From Gemmatimonadota bacterium (GTDB taxonomy: Bacteria; Gemmatimonadota; Gemmatimonadetes; Palauibacterales; KS3-K002), in NCBI GenBank assembly GCA_020344215.1, contig CP070815.1, positions 2,490,358 to 2,554,357 of the forward strand: a stretch of DNA of 64,000 nt, in the 5' to 3' direction. Below, piece after piece: positions 1 through 8,267 of the stretch. The notes under the pieces were generated by a model that did not search any database, had not been told where the DNA came from, and saw nothing but the letters and a program-made list of their open reading frames with translations. A program made the position numbers and the translations under genes. Position 1 is the first letter of the stretch. Each line of letters opens with the position of its first letter.

Positions 1-1232
1 TTGTCTTTCAGAAGAAGGTGCCAAGGAAGGCGGCCCAGATCGTTGCGGACGCCGGTGGTGAGCTGGTCGGGACGTTGCCAGAGGTCGGCTTAGGCCTCGC
101 CACTTCTAGCGACCCGAGCTTTGCCGAGTCGCTGCGCGGCGTTCGCGCCGTGCATTCGGTGGGGGTAGCTCGGTTCCATGCGCTGCCCGAAACAGAGGTT
201 TACGTATCCGAGAACGGCCCAACGCCTGCCGACGTCGGTTACTTCAACTACCAGTGGGACATCCGCCGGGTCAAAGCTGATGAAGCGTGGAACACCACCA
301 CCGGCTCGCACAACACGGTAGTCGGTATCATCGACACCGGTATCGCCTGGAACCACCCGGACCTCGGACCGAACGTGGTCTACGCGGCGTGCTATAGCGT
401 CTTCTCGGCCTGCATGCCTTATCCCAGCCTCCACTGGCATGGCACGCACGTGGCCGGCACTGTCGCCGCCGCGTTCGGCGGTGGTAGAGCGGTGGGCGTA
501 GGACCGGACCTGGGGCTGGCCAGCTACAACGTCTTCGAGTACGTGCCAGACTATGGCGTGGTTGCCTTCGATTGGGCCATCTGGATGGCCATGTTGGACG
601 CTGCGGCCCAGGGCTTCGACGTCGTCAACATGAGCCTCGGCGGCTACGTCGTGAAGCCGAGTTCCCAACAGGATGTCGCGGCCTGGACCGCCTGGAACCG
701 CATCGCACACTACGTCACGCGGCAGGGGGTCACCATCGTGACTTCGGCCGGCAACGCAGGCGTTGACCTGAACGGCCCCGTCGACCATGTCCCCTCCGAT
801 GTGACCGGCGTGATCTCCACCGGCGCCACCGGCATTCGGCCCGACCCGTTCTACCCACAGGCCGGCTCCGACGATGTCCGCGCCTCTTACAGCAACTACG
901 GTGCGGCGGTGACGTTGTCTGCGCCTGGTGGCGATGCGGGACCAGACGCCGTGTCGTATCCGTGGTGGTGGTACCTGGTCTACAGCGACTACGTGGTGGC
1001 CGACCCGTCCTGCGCAGCGACGGCTTCGTGCCCGGTGGGCCATGCCTGGGCTGGCGGGACCAGCCAGGCCGCACCCCACGTGGCGGGAGCCGCAGGACTG
1101 GTCAAAGACATGCATCCTGGGCTGAACCCCCACCAGGTGATAAAGATCCTCAAGCAGACAGCCGAGAGCCTCGGCAACCGGCAGCAGTTCGGCCACGGCA
1201 TGCTCGACGTCAACGCTGCCGTGAACAAGTAA
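1..1232 (+). CDS. S8-family subtilisin-like serine peptidase; the 5' end probably lies upstream of the window
   Basis: Catalytic D/H/S motifs occur in the usual order: IIDTGIAWNHPDL, HGTHVAGTVAA, GTSQAAPHVAGAAGL. The frame is open from nt 3 to the GTG at 18. There is no signal peptide; the first residues look like propeptide. Confidence 0.85.
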   Translation, partial: VFQKKVPRKAAQIVADAGGELVGTLPEVGLGLATSSDPSFAESLRGVRAVHSVGVARFHALPETEVYVSENGPTPADVGYFNYQWDIRRVKADEAWNTTTGSHNTVVGIIDTGIAWNHPDLGPNVVYAACYSVFSACMPYPSLHWHGTHVAGTVAAAFGGGRAVGVGPDLGLASYNVFEYVPDYGVVAFDWAIWMAMLDAAAQGFDVVNMSLGGYVVKPSSQQDVAAWTAWNRIAHYVTRQGVTIVTSAGNAGVDLNGPVDHVPSDVTGVISTGATGIRPDPFYPQAGSDDVRASYSNYGAAVTLSAPGGDAGPDAVSYPWWWYLVYSDYVVADPSCAATASCPVGHAWAGGTSQAAPHVAGAAGLVKDMHPGLNPHQVIKILKQTAESLGNRQQFGHGMLDVNAAVNK

Positions 1233-1260
1233 CCACAGACCGCCTGGAGCAACGCGCCTG

Positions 1261-1315
1261 GCCAAGAAGCATCTGCCGTCCGCGGGAACACCTCCTGCGG
1301 ACGGCGCTTCTTGGC
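1261..1315 (+). terminator. Long GC-rich nested hairpin after the protease gene (gccaagaagc...gcttcttggc, with inner gccgtccgc/gcggacggc)
   Basis: A perfect nested inverted repeat lies 29 nt after the stop. No U-tract follows it. Confidence 0.45.
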
Positions 1316-1398
1316 GGAGGCAAAGGGCGAAGACCGCCGGACTTGCCAGAACGCGCGCAGCGGCTCACACTGCGTATGTGCGCGGAAGGAGGTGTGCC

Positions 1399-1905
1399 GT
1401 GAGATACTCGACTCTACTTACTCTGTTGATCGTCGCCGGACTGGCGGCCTGCAACGGCCAGAGCACAGCTCTCACTGAACAAGCGGAGTTGCAGATCCCC
1501 GGCGATGCCGTGAGCATCACCGTCGACCCGGTCGTCTCCACTCAGTACAGCGGCGTCAGGGAGGCGCGCAGGCTGGTGATCCGCGACGCCGAGGCCTGGA
1601 TAGCCTTCTGGGACGAGGTCACAGCCGTCGTAACGCCGCGACCCGAGCCGCCGGCAGTGGACTTCGAGCAGGAGATGGTCATCGCCGCCGCGATGGGCCA
1701 GCGCGCTACGGGCGGGTACACGATCTCGATCCCCGAGGTGTACCAGCAGGAGGGTTCCGTTTACGCCGTTGTGAAAGAAGTAGCGCCCGCCGCCAACTGC
1801 ATAGTCACGCAGGCGCTCAGCGCGCCAGTCGTTGCTGTAAGCATGCCGCGTAGCGAAGACGCTGTGAGCTTCGTCGAGCGCGAAGAGACGGTGGAATGCC
1901 GCTGA
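1399..1905 (+). CDS. Lipoprotein with a PrcB-like C-terminal domain (protease-complex accessory protein)
   Basis: A GTG start sits 7 nt after GGAGG. The signal and lipobox read LLIVAGLAAC. The C-terminal region resembles PrcB_C, a family usually encoded next to subtilisins. The ORF track places the start at 1378. Confidence 0.5.
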   Translation: MRYSTLLTLLIVAGLAACNGQSTALTEQAELQIPGDAVSITVDPVVSTQYSGVREARRLVIRDAEAWIAFWDEVTAVVTPRPEPPAVDFEQEMVIAAAMGQRATGGYTISIPEVYQQEGSVYAVVKEVAPAANCIVTQALSAPVVAVSMPRSEDAVSFVEREETVECR

Positions 1906-1991
1906 GCCACCGCGACCGCCCGCGTCTCCAAGCTCTGCCGGGACGCTATGACAAACGCGATCACGAGCCATCCTGAGAGAGGGCCGTTCAC

Positions 1992-2162
1992 ATGTCAGAC
2001 CTATACTCATGCCCCTGGGGCTGCGGCGAGATGATCGAAGTCGATGACCCTTTCCCGACGAAGGTCGTGACCTGCCCCAGGTGTGACCGCGAGTGCCGTC
2101 TCAAGAAGCACAGCGAACCCGACGGCACCGCCTGGTTCGAGCTCACTCCGCACGAGGCTTAA
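1992..2162 (+). CDS. 56-aa zinc-ribbon protein with a C-x3-C...C-x2-C...C motif; absent from the ORF track because it is under 60 aa
   Basis: ATG to TAA encodes MSDLYSCPWGCGEMIEVDDPFPTKVVTCPRCDRECRLKKHSEPDGTAWFELTPHEA. A T-run follows the stop. Confidence 0.4.
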   Translation: MSDLYSCPWGCGEMIEVDDPFPTKVVTCPRCDRECRLKKHSEPDGTAWFELTPHEA

Positions 2163-2288
2163 CGAGGTTTTTTGGAGCGCGCGCTGCCGCCCGCGCGCCG
2201 GATCGCGAACCCCACTCGCCGTTCCCGCCTCCGCGCTCGACCTGGGCTTGGTATGGCGTCGACTTTGAAGTAGCAGGAGGGTTGTCTC

Positions 2289-2654
2289 ATGCACGCTTCG
2301 GCAAGCGCTACCGGACTGCTCCTGATAGCAGCACTTGGCGTCGGCTGTGCGTCGGGTACGAAGGCGCCGTCAGCCAGCGAGACGGCTCAGCCAACAGAGT
2401 ACGACATCAGTGATTACACTAAGGTCAAGATATACTGGTCGGGCGTGCCTGCCTGTGATTTCCTGGAGGTGGGCACGGTTAGAGCAGAGTACAGACCGGG
2501 CAGCACCGGGATCCGTAACCTACAGCGTGCCGTCTGGACCGCGCGTGGCAACGCGGCGATTGGGGTGCGCACGCTTTCCGATGCAAGCGGTCGCAGAGTA
2601 GTCGCCTGGGAGGCGATCGCCATACGCATCACCGACCCGGCCTGCCTACGCTAG
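2289..2654 (+). CDS. Hypothetical lipoprotein
   Basis: GGAGG lies 8 nt upstream of the start. The signal and lipobox read LLLIAALGVGCAS. Confidence 0.5.
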   Translation: MHASASATGLLLIAALGVGCASGTKAPSASETAQPTEYDISDYTKVKIYWSGVPACDFLEVGTVRAEYRPGSTGIRNLQRAVWTARGNAAIGVRTLSDASGRRVVAWEAIAIRITDPACLR

Positions 2655-2701
2655 ACAGGCAACCCGAACCCGCACAGCTCTTTCCGACATTCTCAGCTCC
2701 G

Positions 2702-4510
2702 TCAGCGCACGATCGGCAGCTCCAGGTAGCTGAGATGGTCGGCATCGTGGTACAGAGTCACGTGCGCCGTGCGAGCATCGGCGCTTGATTCCTCTGCGAC
2801 CACGCCACCGCTGTTGTAGTTCTTCTGGACGTAGATGGAGTTCGGCGATTTGAACACCAGCCGCAAGCGACTCCCCTCGGAGATCCGCCGGGAGAAGAAA
2901 AAGAACCCGTTGAACTCGTAGCGCTCCAGCGCGCCGGGCGTCACCAGCTTTGGCTCGCGCAGCGAGTCCCGGTAGCGCGCGCGCATGCGGTCCTGTGTCA
3001 ACGCCACGCTACTGCCGTCTTGCAAGATCTCGGACACAGCTACCTCGAAGTCGGTATCCGGCACATCCAAGGCGAGCCAGACGACCAACGTCAGGTACCC
3101 GGTGACCTCGGTGTCCTCCTCGAAGGGTGCGCTGTGGTAGACCAGACCGTTGCCGAAGAGGTTCAGGGCGAACCGCTGGTCGGTCAGGTAATCTTGGATC
3201 TGTTCCTGCTCGAGCTCGCCCGGGCGTGTATCCAACGGGTCGTAGACGTAGCTGTCGGGCCGAACGTCGGCCCCCGGCTGCTCCCCGGACAGGACGCCAG
3301 ATCGAAACGCATCGTTGGCCTGTCCATCCACCGAGGCCAGATAGAGCCGCCGCCTTTCGCTGGCGATCGACTCGAGCGAATCGACGTACTTCCACTCGTC
3401 AGACCCCACCACGTAGTAGGCGACCCGCTTCTCGAGAAACTCGGGCTTCGGACCGTCCTTCATCGTCCAGTCGTACCATTCCTTGTGCAGCGTGTTCAGG
3501 TCGAGCAGACTCGCCTCGCCGAAGACGAGTCCGCCGACCTCACGCCGCGGCGTGCGCGTGCCGCCGTGATCCCACGGACCGATGATCAGGTAGTGCCGCT
3601 GCCGCGCCGCCAGCGAGGCGAACTGCATGTGCCGCTTGTAGAACTCCATGGCTCCCGGCTGATCACCGTCGTAGTGCCCAGTGATCGTCAGAATCGGCAA
3701 CTCGAGTCGCGAGAACTCCTCGTCGCTGGGGCTCATGGCATCCCAGTAGGCGTCCTGCTGGGGATGAGCGACCCAGGTGTCGAACTTGGTCGTCAGATTG
3801 CCGGCAAGCTCAGGAAGGCCGGTGAATGAACGGTGCTCCCTGTAAAGACGGCTGAACACCTGTATCCAGTGTTCCGATTGCCCGAACAGGTTGAAGTTGG
3901 CGGTCACCCCACTGGTCAGCGTCTGCCACTGGATCGCGTAGGGGTACGGGATGTTTCTCCAAAAGGGGAAGTCGATCCCCGGGAAGGCGGCGGCGGCGGG
4001 CACGATGGTGGCGAGGTGCGGCGGAAACTCCTTTGCCGTCGCCCACTGGTCGTAGCCTGCATACGACCCACCCCACATGGCGACCTTACCGTTGCACCAC
4101 GGCTGCCGGGCGAACCATTCGACGATATCGTGGCCGTCCTCCGCCTCTTGAAGGAACGGATCGAATTCACCTTCCGAGTTTCCGCGACCCCGCACATCGA
4201 CCAGTGCGAACACATAGCCATTGCGGGCGAAGTACCAGGCACGATCGTGATAGGTGTCGCTGGTATAGGGCGTCAACGTGAAGACGACGGGCAGCGGCTC
4301 GGGCATGGGGTCCGGTTTGTAGATGGTCGCGTTGAGCTGCACTCCGTCGCGCACGGGGATCTTGACTCCCCAAGTGACCTCGACCGACTGGGCCTTCGAG
4401 TCGGTCGCCAGCGGCCCGAGCAGCGCTGTCGCCCCAAGAAGGGCGAACAATACGGCGACGGCGACGCAACGGACTGAGGCGCGACGCTGGGTGACCAGAT
4501 GTTGAATCAT
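2702..4510 (-). CDS. S15-family CocE/NonD-type hydrolase (Xaa-Pro dipeptidyl-peptidase-like), secreted
   Basis: The nucleophile motif MWGGSYAGYDQW is present. The N-terminus has a signal peptide. The start was chosen at the internal Met preceded by GAGG; the ORF track extends to 4552. Confidence 0.8.
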   Translation of the reverse strand: MIQHLVTQRRASVRCVAVAVLFALLGATALLGPLATDSKAQSVEVTWGVKIPVRDGVQLNATIYKPDPMPEPLPVVFTLTPYTSDTYHDRAWYFARNGYVFALVDVRGRGNSEGEFDPFLQEAEDGHDIVEWFARQPWCNGKVAMWGGSYAGYDQWATAKEFPPHLATIVPAAAAFPGIDFPFWRNIPYPYAIQWQTLTSGVTANFNLFGQSEHWIQVFSRLYREHRSFTGLPELAGNLTTKFDTWVAHPQQDAYWDAMSPSDEEFSRLELPILTITGHYDGDQPGAMEFYKRHMQFASLAARQRHYLIIGPWDHGGTRTPRREVGGLVFGEASLLDLNTLHKEWYDWTMKDGPKPEFLEKRVAYYVVGSDEWKYVDSLESIASERRRLYLASVDGQANDAFRSGVLSGEQPGADVRPDSYVYDPLDTRPGELEQEQIQDYLTDQRFALNLFGNGLVYHSAPFEEDTEVTGYLTLVVWLALDVPDTDFEVAVSEILQDGSSVALTQDRMRARYRDSLREPKLVTPGALERYEFNGFFFFSRRISEGSRLRLVFKSPNSIYVQKNYNSGGVVAEESSADARTAHVTLYHDADHLSYLELPIVR

Positions 4511-5019
4511 TGCAGTACCTCGGTAGTCCAGAGGACCTTCGGTTCCCCTCACGGCCGCCTCAGCCTCACGTCCCGGCGACAGCCATCATGGGTGCAGGCG
4601 CTCAGCCAGGCAACAGCAAGCCATAGTGGCTAGCGCCAAGGACTCGGCAACTGTGCTGGCACCTGGTGCTCGTTCCACCTAACCATCGACCTGTACAATT
4701 TCGGCGGCGAGTGCGAGGCGGTCAGCCCTTCGGCCCACTTTGTGAACACGCACATTGAGAACGCTCGGATGAAGCTGTGGGGCGCCTGGGCAAAGGTGCG
4801 CTGCGATTCTGTCGAGACTCCGTGGGAGATTCGGGGAACCGGGAAACGAGTCCAGGTCTTTCAACCCCTGTGGTGAATGCAGGGATGCCGTTGCCAGAGC
4901 TTCAGCGACGGCCCAAGCGTACCCGAATGCAGGAGATTTGGCGTTACGCCTCCTTCGCCCCGCCCGCGAACACCCAGCATATCAGCATGGCCCTGGAGCG
5001 TACGGGGCTCTGCCAGCCT

Positions 5020-6579
5020 TCAATCCCACCAGCCGTGCCAGAACCAAGCGCGGCGCCGCGCGTCGTAGAAAACCCAGAGCAGGTCACCCGCGGCGGTGCC
5101 CACCCGGTAGTACTCGCGCCGGAACTCGTCCTCCCACCATTCGCCGGAGAGGCGCTCGGGACCCTTGAGCTCCTGTACCGCGCGCCAGCCGCCGTCGACT
5201 GCCACGGCGCCGGGCCGGCCACTCTCGATCCGCACGTCGATTGGCCGCGGTCGCGGCCAGAGGCGCAGCACGAGGGCCGGGGCTTCCGGGGGAAGCGATG
5301 CGCTCCCGTTACCGTCGAGCACCGCGCGCCGGGCGAGCTCGGTCATGAGATCCACCGGCTCCCAGCGTCCCTGCTTCTCGGGCCGGTGACTGTCGGCGGC
5401 GGCGGGACGCACGACCGAGTCCGGGCCCCAGCGCCCCTGTAGCCGGGTGAGAGCGGTCGCCAGGGCGTCGGGGTCGGGCCGCGGCGGCTCGAACAGGTCC
5501 GCCTGCTCCGCCATCGCCGGGACGACCTCCTCCACTTCGACCCGGATCCCCAGCGCCCGGCCGGGGACCTGCAGGCCGTCGAGCGCGTTCCGGCAGAGGG
5601 AGAGGAGCATCCCTACCTGACGGGTCGGCCGGGCGGGCCGCACGCTCTGCCGGATGGGGCCGTCCTCGGTCGCGATCGTGAGCTCGAGCCCGCGCAGGCA
5701 GAGCCCTTCCACGGCGAGTGCGTCGGACAGGTGATCGAGGCAGGACTTGAGCAGGAAGAGGAGCGGCTCGAGACGTTCCACGGGACCCGGGAACTCGACC
5801 TCCACCGTCCAGTCGCCGGGCGGCGCCCCGCCGAACGGCCCTTCCCTACCATCCTCGAGTCCCCGGGCCCAGCCGAGCGCCTGCACGCCCGCAGCGCCCA
5901 GTCGCGCCTCCACCTCACCCGCCGGAAGCGCTGCCAGCGCGCCGACCGTCTCGAGGCCCAGTGCCTCGAGTAGCTCCATCAAATCTTCGGAGACGGGAAG
6001 GACATGGATGGGGAGCGGCGCCAGGAAGCGGGCGTCGTCGCCCGGCGGCACCCGGTACACGGCGTGGCCGTCCAACCGGGTCGCGGCCCGGGCCGCAGCC
6101 GCGGTACCGGCGATCCCGAGCCGCGCCTCCGGATAGCCCGCCGCCAGCGCCGCCGAGCGCGCCGCCTCGACGAACGCCTGCTCGCCGCCCAGGCGGTCCC
6201 AGCCGCCGGCGTCGAGCCAGAAGGCGCCGAGCCCGGCCCGGCTCACCCGGGGCGACGCGGCGAGCAACGCCGCCGCCAGCTCGGTCTGGACTTCGTCGTA
6301 GAGGGCGGGCGACCACTCCCACTCCCGCAGCCCGGGTAGCTGCGCCCGGGCGTCCGCCGCCCGCATCCCGACCGTGATCTCATGGCGGCGCGCCGCCTCC
6401 GACACCGCCGCCACCACGGCCCGCTTCCCCTCGCCCCGGACCACGATCGCGGGGCCGGGGCGACCGCCGCCCCCCGCGCCCCCCGCGTCCCCCGCGCCGC
6501 TCCCGCCGTCAGCTCGCAGGTGCGCGGCGATCGGGAAGTCCGGAATCCTCAGGCAGGCGATACGGGAGGTCGTGGGCAT
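5020..6579 (-). CDS. imuB: ImuB-like Y-family-polymerase-related protein of the mutagenesis cassette
   Basis: The N-terminus IACLRIPDFPIAAHLRA and the segment VVAAVSEAARRHEITVGM are ImuB/DinB-like. Length is about 520 aa. The gene lies immediately downstream of imuA. Confidence 0.6.
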   Translation of the reverse strand: MPTTSRIACLRIPDFPIAAHLRADGGSGAGDAGGAGGGGRPGPAIVVRGEGKRAVVAAVSEAARRHEITVGMRAADARAQLPGLREWEWSPALYDEVQTELAAALLAASPRVSRAGLGAFWLDAGGWDRLGGEQAFVEAARSAALAAGYPEARLGIAGTAAAARAATRLDGHAVYRVPPGDDARFLAPLPIHVLPVSEDLMELLEALGLETVGALAALPAGEVEARLGAAGVQALGWARGLEDGREGPFGGAPPGDWTVEVEFPGPVERLEPLLFLLKSCLDHLSDALAVEGLCLRGLELTIATEDGPIRQSVRPARPTRQVGMLLSLCRNALDGLQVPGRALGIRVEVEEVVPAMAEQADLFEPPRPDPDALATALTRLQGRWGPDSVVRPAAADSHRPEKQGRWEPVDLMTELARRAVLDGNGSASLPPEAPALVLRLWPRPRPIDVRIESGRPGAVAVDGGWRAVQELKGPERLSGEWWEDEFRREYYRVGTAAGDLLWVFYDARRRAWFWHGWWD

Positions 6580-7198
6580 ACGACACCTCGCGGGTGAGGT
6601 GACCCCGAACCCGGATGCGGCAGGAGCGGGTGTGCGGATCGGAAGCGAACTGTACCCGGAACCCCGCCAGCGGCACGCTGCCCGGCCGATCTACCACGAC
6701 GATCAGCGCCGCCCCCATCTCACGGGCCAGACGCTGAAGTCGGATCACAGGCGTGCGGGACCAGTCGGCGCCCTCGGCGATCACCAGGCCGAAGGCACCG
6801 CTCCGGCAGAGCTCCTCCGCCGCCGTCAGCACCCCGACCGGCTCGGGCGGCCGTACCACCCAGAAGGGCGGCGCTCCGTTCGGCCCCCACCGGCCAAAGA
6901 CCCAGGGCGCCGGCGCCAGCGTACCCGTCCCGTCCACGTAGGCCGCGCCGGCACCGGCGTCCCGCACCGCGCTCACCATCTGGCGCAGCGCCGCCGTCTT
7001 GCCCGCCGAGCGCGGGCCCGCCCACTCGGTGATCTGCCCCCGGGGCACGCCGCCGGGGAGGGCGGCGTCGAGCTCCGGCCAGCCCAGCGGCCAGGCGGGA
7101 GCCGACCCGGCCAAAAGCTCGCTGGCTCGGGCCAGCGAGCCGGCCGGGCCGGCCGGGTCGGCGAGGGAGAGGGCGGCAAGGGCATTGGAACGTGGCAT
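6509..7198 (-). CDS. imuA: ImuA-like RecA/SulA-fold protein
   Basis: A P-loop-like motif GQITEWAGPRSAGKTA is present. Length is about 230 aa. The gene precedes imuB. The start was set at the internal Met; the ORF track runs to 7405. Confidence 0.55.
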   Translation of the reverse strand: MPRSNALAALSLADPAGPAGSLARASELLAGSAPAWPLGWPELDAALPGGVPRGQITEWAGPRSAGKTAALRQMVSAVRDAGAGAAYVDGTGTLAPAPWVFGRWGPNGAPPFWVVRPPEPVGVLTAAEELCRSGAFGLVIAEGADWSRTPVIRLQRLAREMGAALIVVVDRPGSVPLAGFRVQFASDPHTRSCRIRVRGHLTREVSYAHDLPYRLPEDSGLPDRRAPAS

Positions 7199-7238
7199 AG
7201 ACGTGGCTCGTGATCCGTAGGACCGTGGACCAGGGATC

Positions 7239-7260
7239 CCGAAGATAACCCGAAGATAAC
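7239..7260. promoter_or_regulatory. Exact tandem direct repeat CCGAAGATAAC x2, 41-62 nt upstream of imuA; candidate operator
   Basis: Seen directly in the sequence. On the imuA strand it reads GTTATCTTCGGGTTATC, that is GTTA-N7-GTTA. Confidence 0.3.
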
Positions 7261-7510
7261 GGCCACGCAAGAGCGGTAGTGACAGAGGGGGCCGATCGCG
7301 TTCGGTTTCGGGATGGCAGGTCCCATTTCCAAACACGGGCGGAGCCCGGCGGCTCGTGCGAACCGCCGATAGGCGCCAGGTTCCCAGAGCCGGCGGCTGC
7401 GCCATATGGCATAGTTCTTCCCCTTCGAGGTAAATTGAGCGACGGCGAATCCCTGCCAGCCGAAGGGTTGTCCGGGGAGCAGTAGGAATTGAACTCTAAC
7501 CCCTAGACAG

Positions 7511-8179
7511 ATGATCGAGCTTCGCAGTGTCGAGAAATGGTATGACACGGGTGCCGGGCGCACGTTCGTGCTCCGCCAAATCAACATGGACGTGAGACAG
7601 GGCGAGTTCGTCACCGTCATGGGCCCGTCCGGGGCCGGCAAGACTACCCTACTGAACATCATCGCGATGTTCGACGGCGACTTCGGCGGCGAGTACCACC
7701 TGGACGGCCAAGCGGTGCACGAGCTCAGCCACAAGGAGCGCAACAAGCTGAACAAGCGCTACGTCGGCTTCGTCTTCCAATACTATCACCTGCTGGAAGA
7801 CCTCACGGTCGCCGAGAACCTGGACATCCCGCTGTCGTACCGCGACGTGAAGCGGTCGGAGCGCCAGGGCATCGTGGCGGAGATCCTCGACCGGTTCCAG
7901 ATCGTCGCCAAGAAGGACCTGTACCCCAGCCAGCTATCGGGCGGCCAGCAGCAGCTCGTAGCGGTCGCGCGCGCGCTGGTCGCCAACCCCAAACTGATTC
8001 TGGCGGATGAGCCGACGGGGAGCCTGCACTCGAGTCAGGGCGAGATGATCATGGACCTGCTGAAGGAGCTGAACGAGCAGGGGACGACGATCATCCAGGT
8101 GACACACAACGAGCGGTGGGCGGCCTACGGAAACCGGATCATCCAGCTCCTAGACGGCTGGATCACCAAGAATCCTTAA
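7511..8179 (+). CDS. ABC transporter ATP-binding protein (MacB/LolD-type ATPase)
   Basis: Walker [10 protein letters not shown], the ABC signature LSGGQQQ and Walker B ILADEPT are all present. Confidence 0.9.
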   Translation: MIELRSVEKWYDTGAGRTFVLRQINMDVRQGEFVTVMGPSGAGKTTLLNIIAMFDGDFGGEYHLDGQAVHELSHKERNKLNKRYVGFVFQYYHLLEDLTVAENLDIPLSYRDVKRSERQGIVAEILDRFQIVAKKDLYPSQLSGGQQQLVAVARALVANPKLILADEPTGSLHSSQGEMIMDLLKELNEQGTTIIQVTHNERWAAYGNRIIQLLDGWITKNP

Positions 8180-8187
8180 GGCGTCGG

Positions 8188-8205
8188 CAGGTCAATCGAC
8201 CTGCG
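8188..8205. terminator. Hairpin gcaggtc-aatc-gacctgc between convergent genes
   Basis: A perfect 7-bp stem lies 9 nt after the ATPase stop. Confidence 0.35.
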
Positions 8206-8267
8206 AGGATAGGGACAAGAACCGGGGCAAGGTCGACGCGCGCGACGCGCCAGCCTAGCGATTCTCG

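Noticed and set aside
4553-5019. 467-nt gap between the peptidase and imuB, examined for dnaE2, small RNAs or promoters
   Set aside because: It contains only short ORFs with no RBS and no convincing structured RNA signature. A TACAAT hexamer is present but without a good -35 element. dnaE2 is absent.
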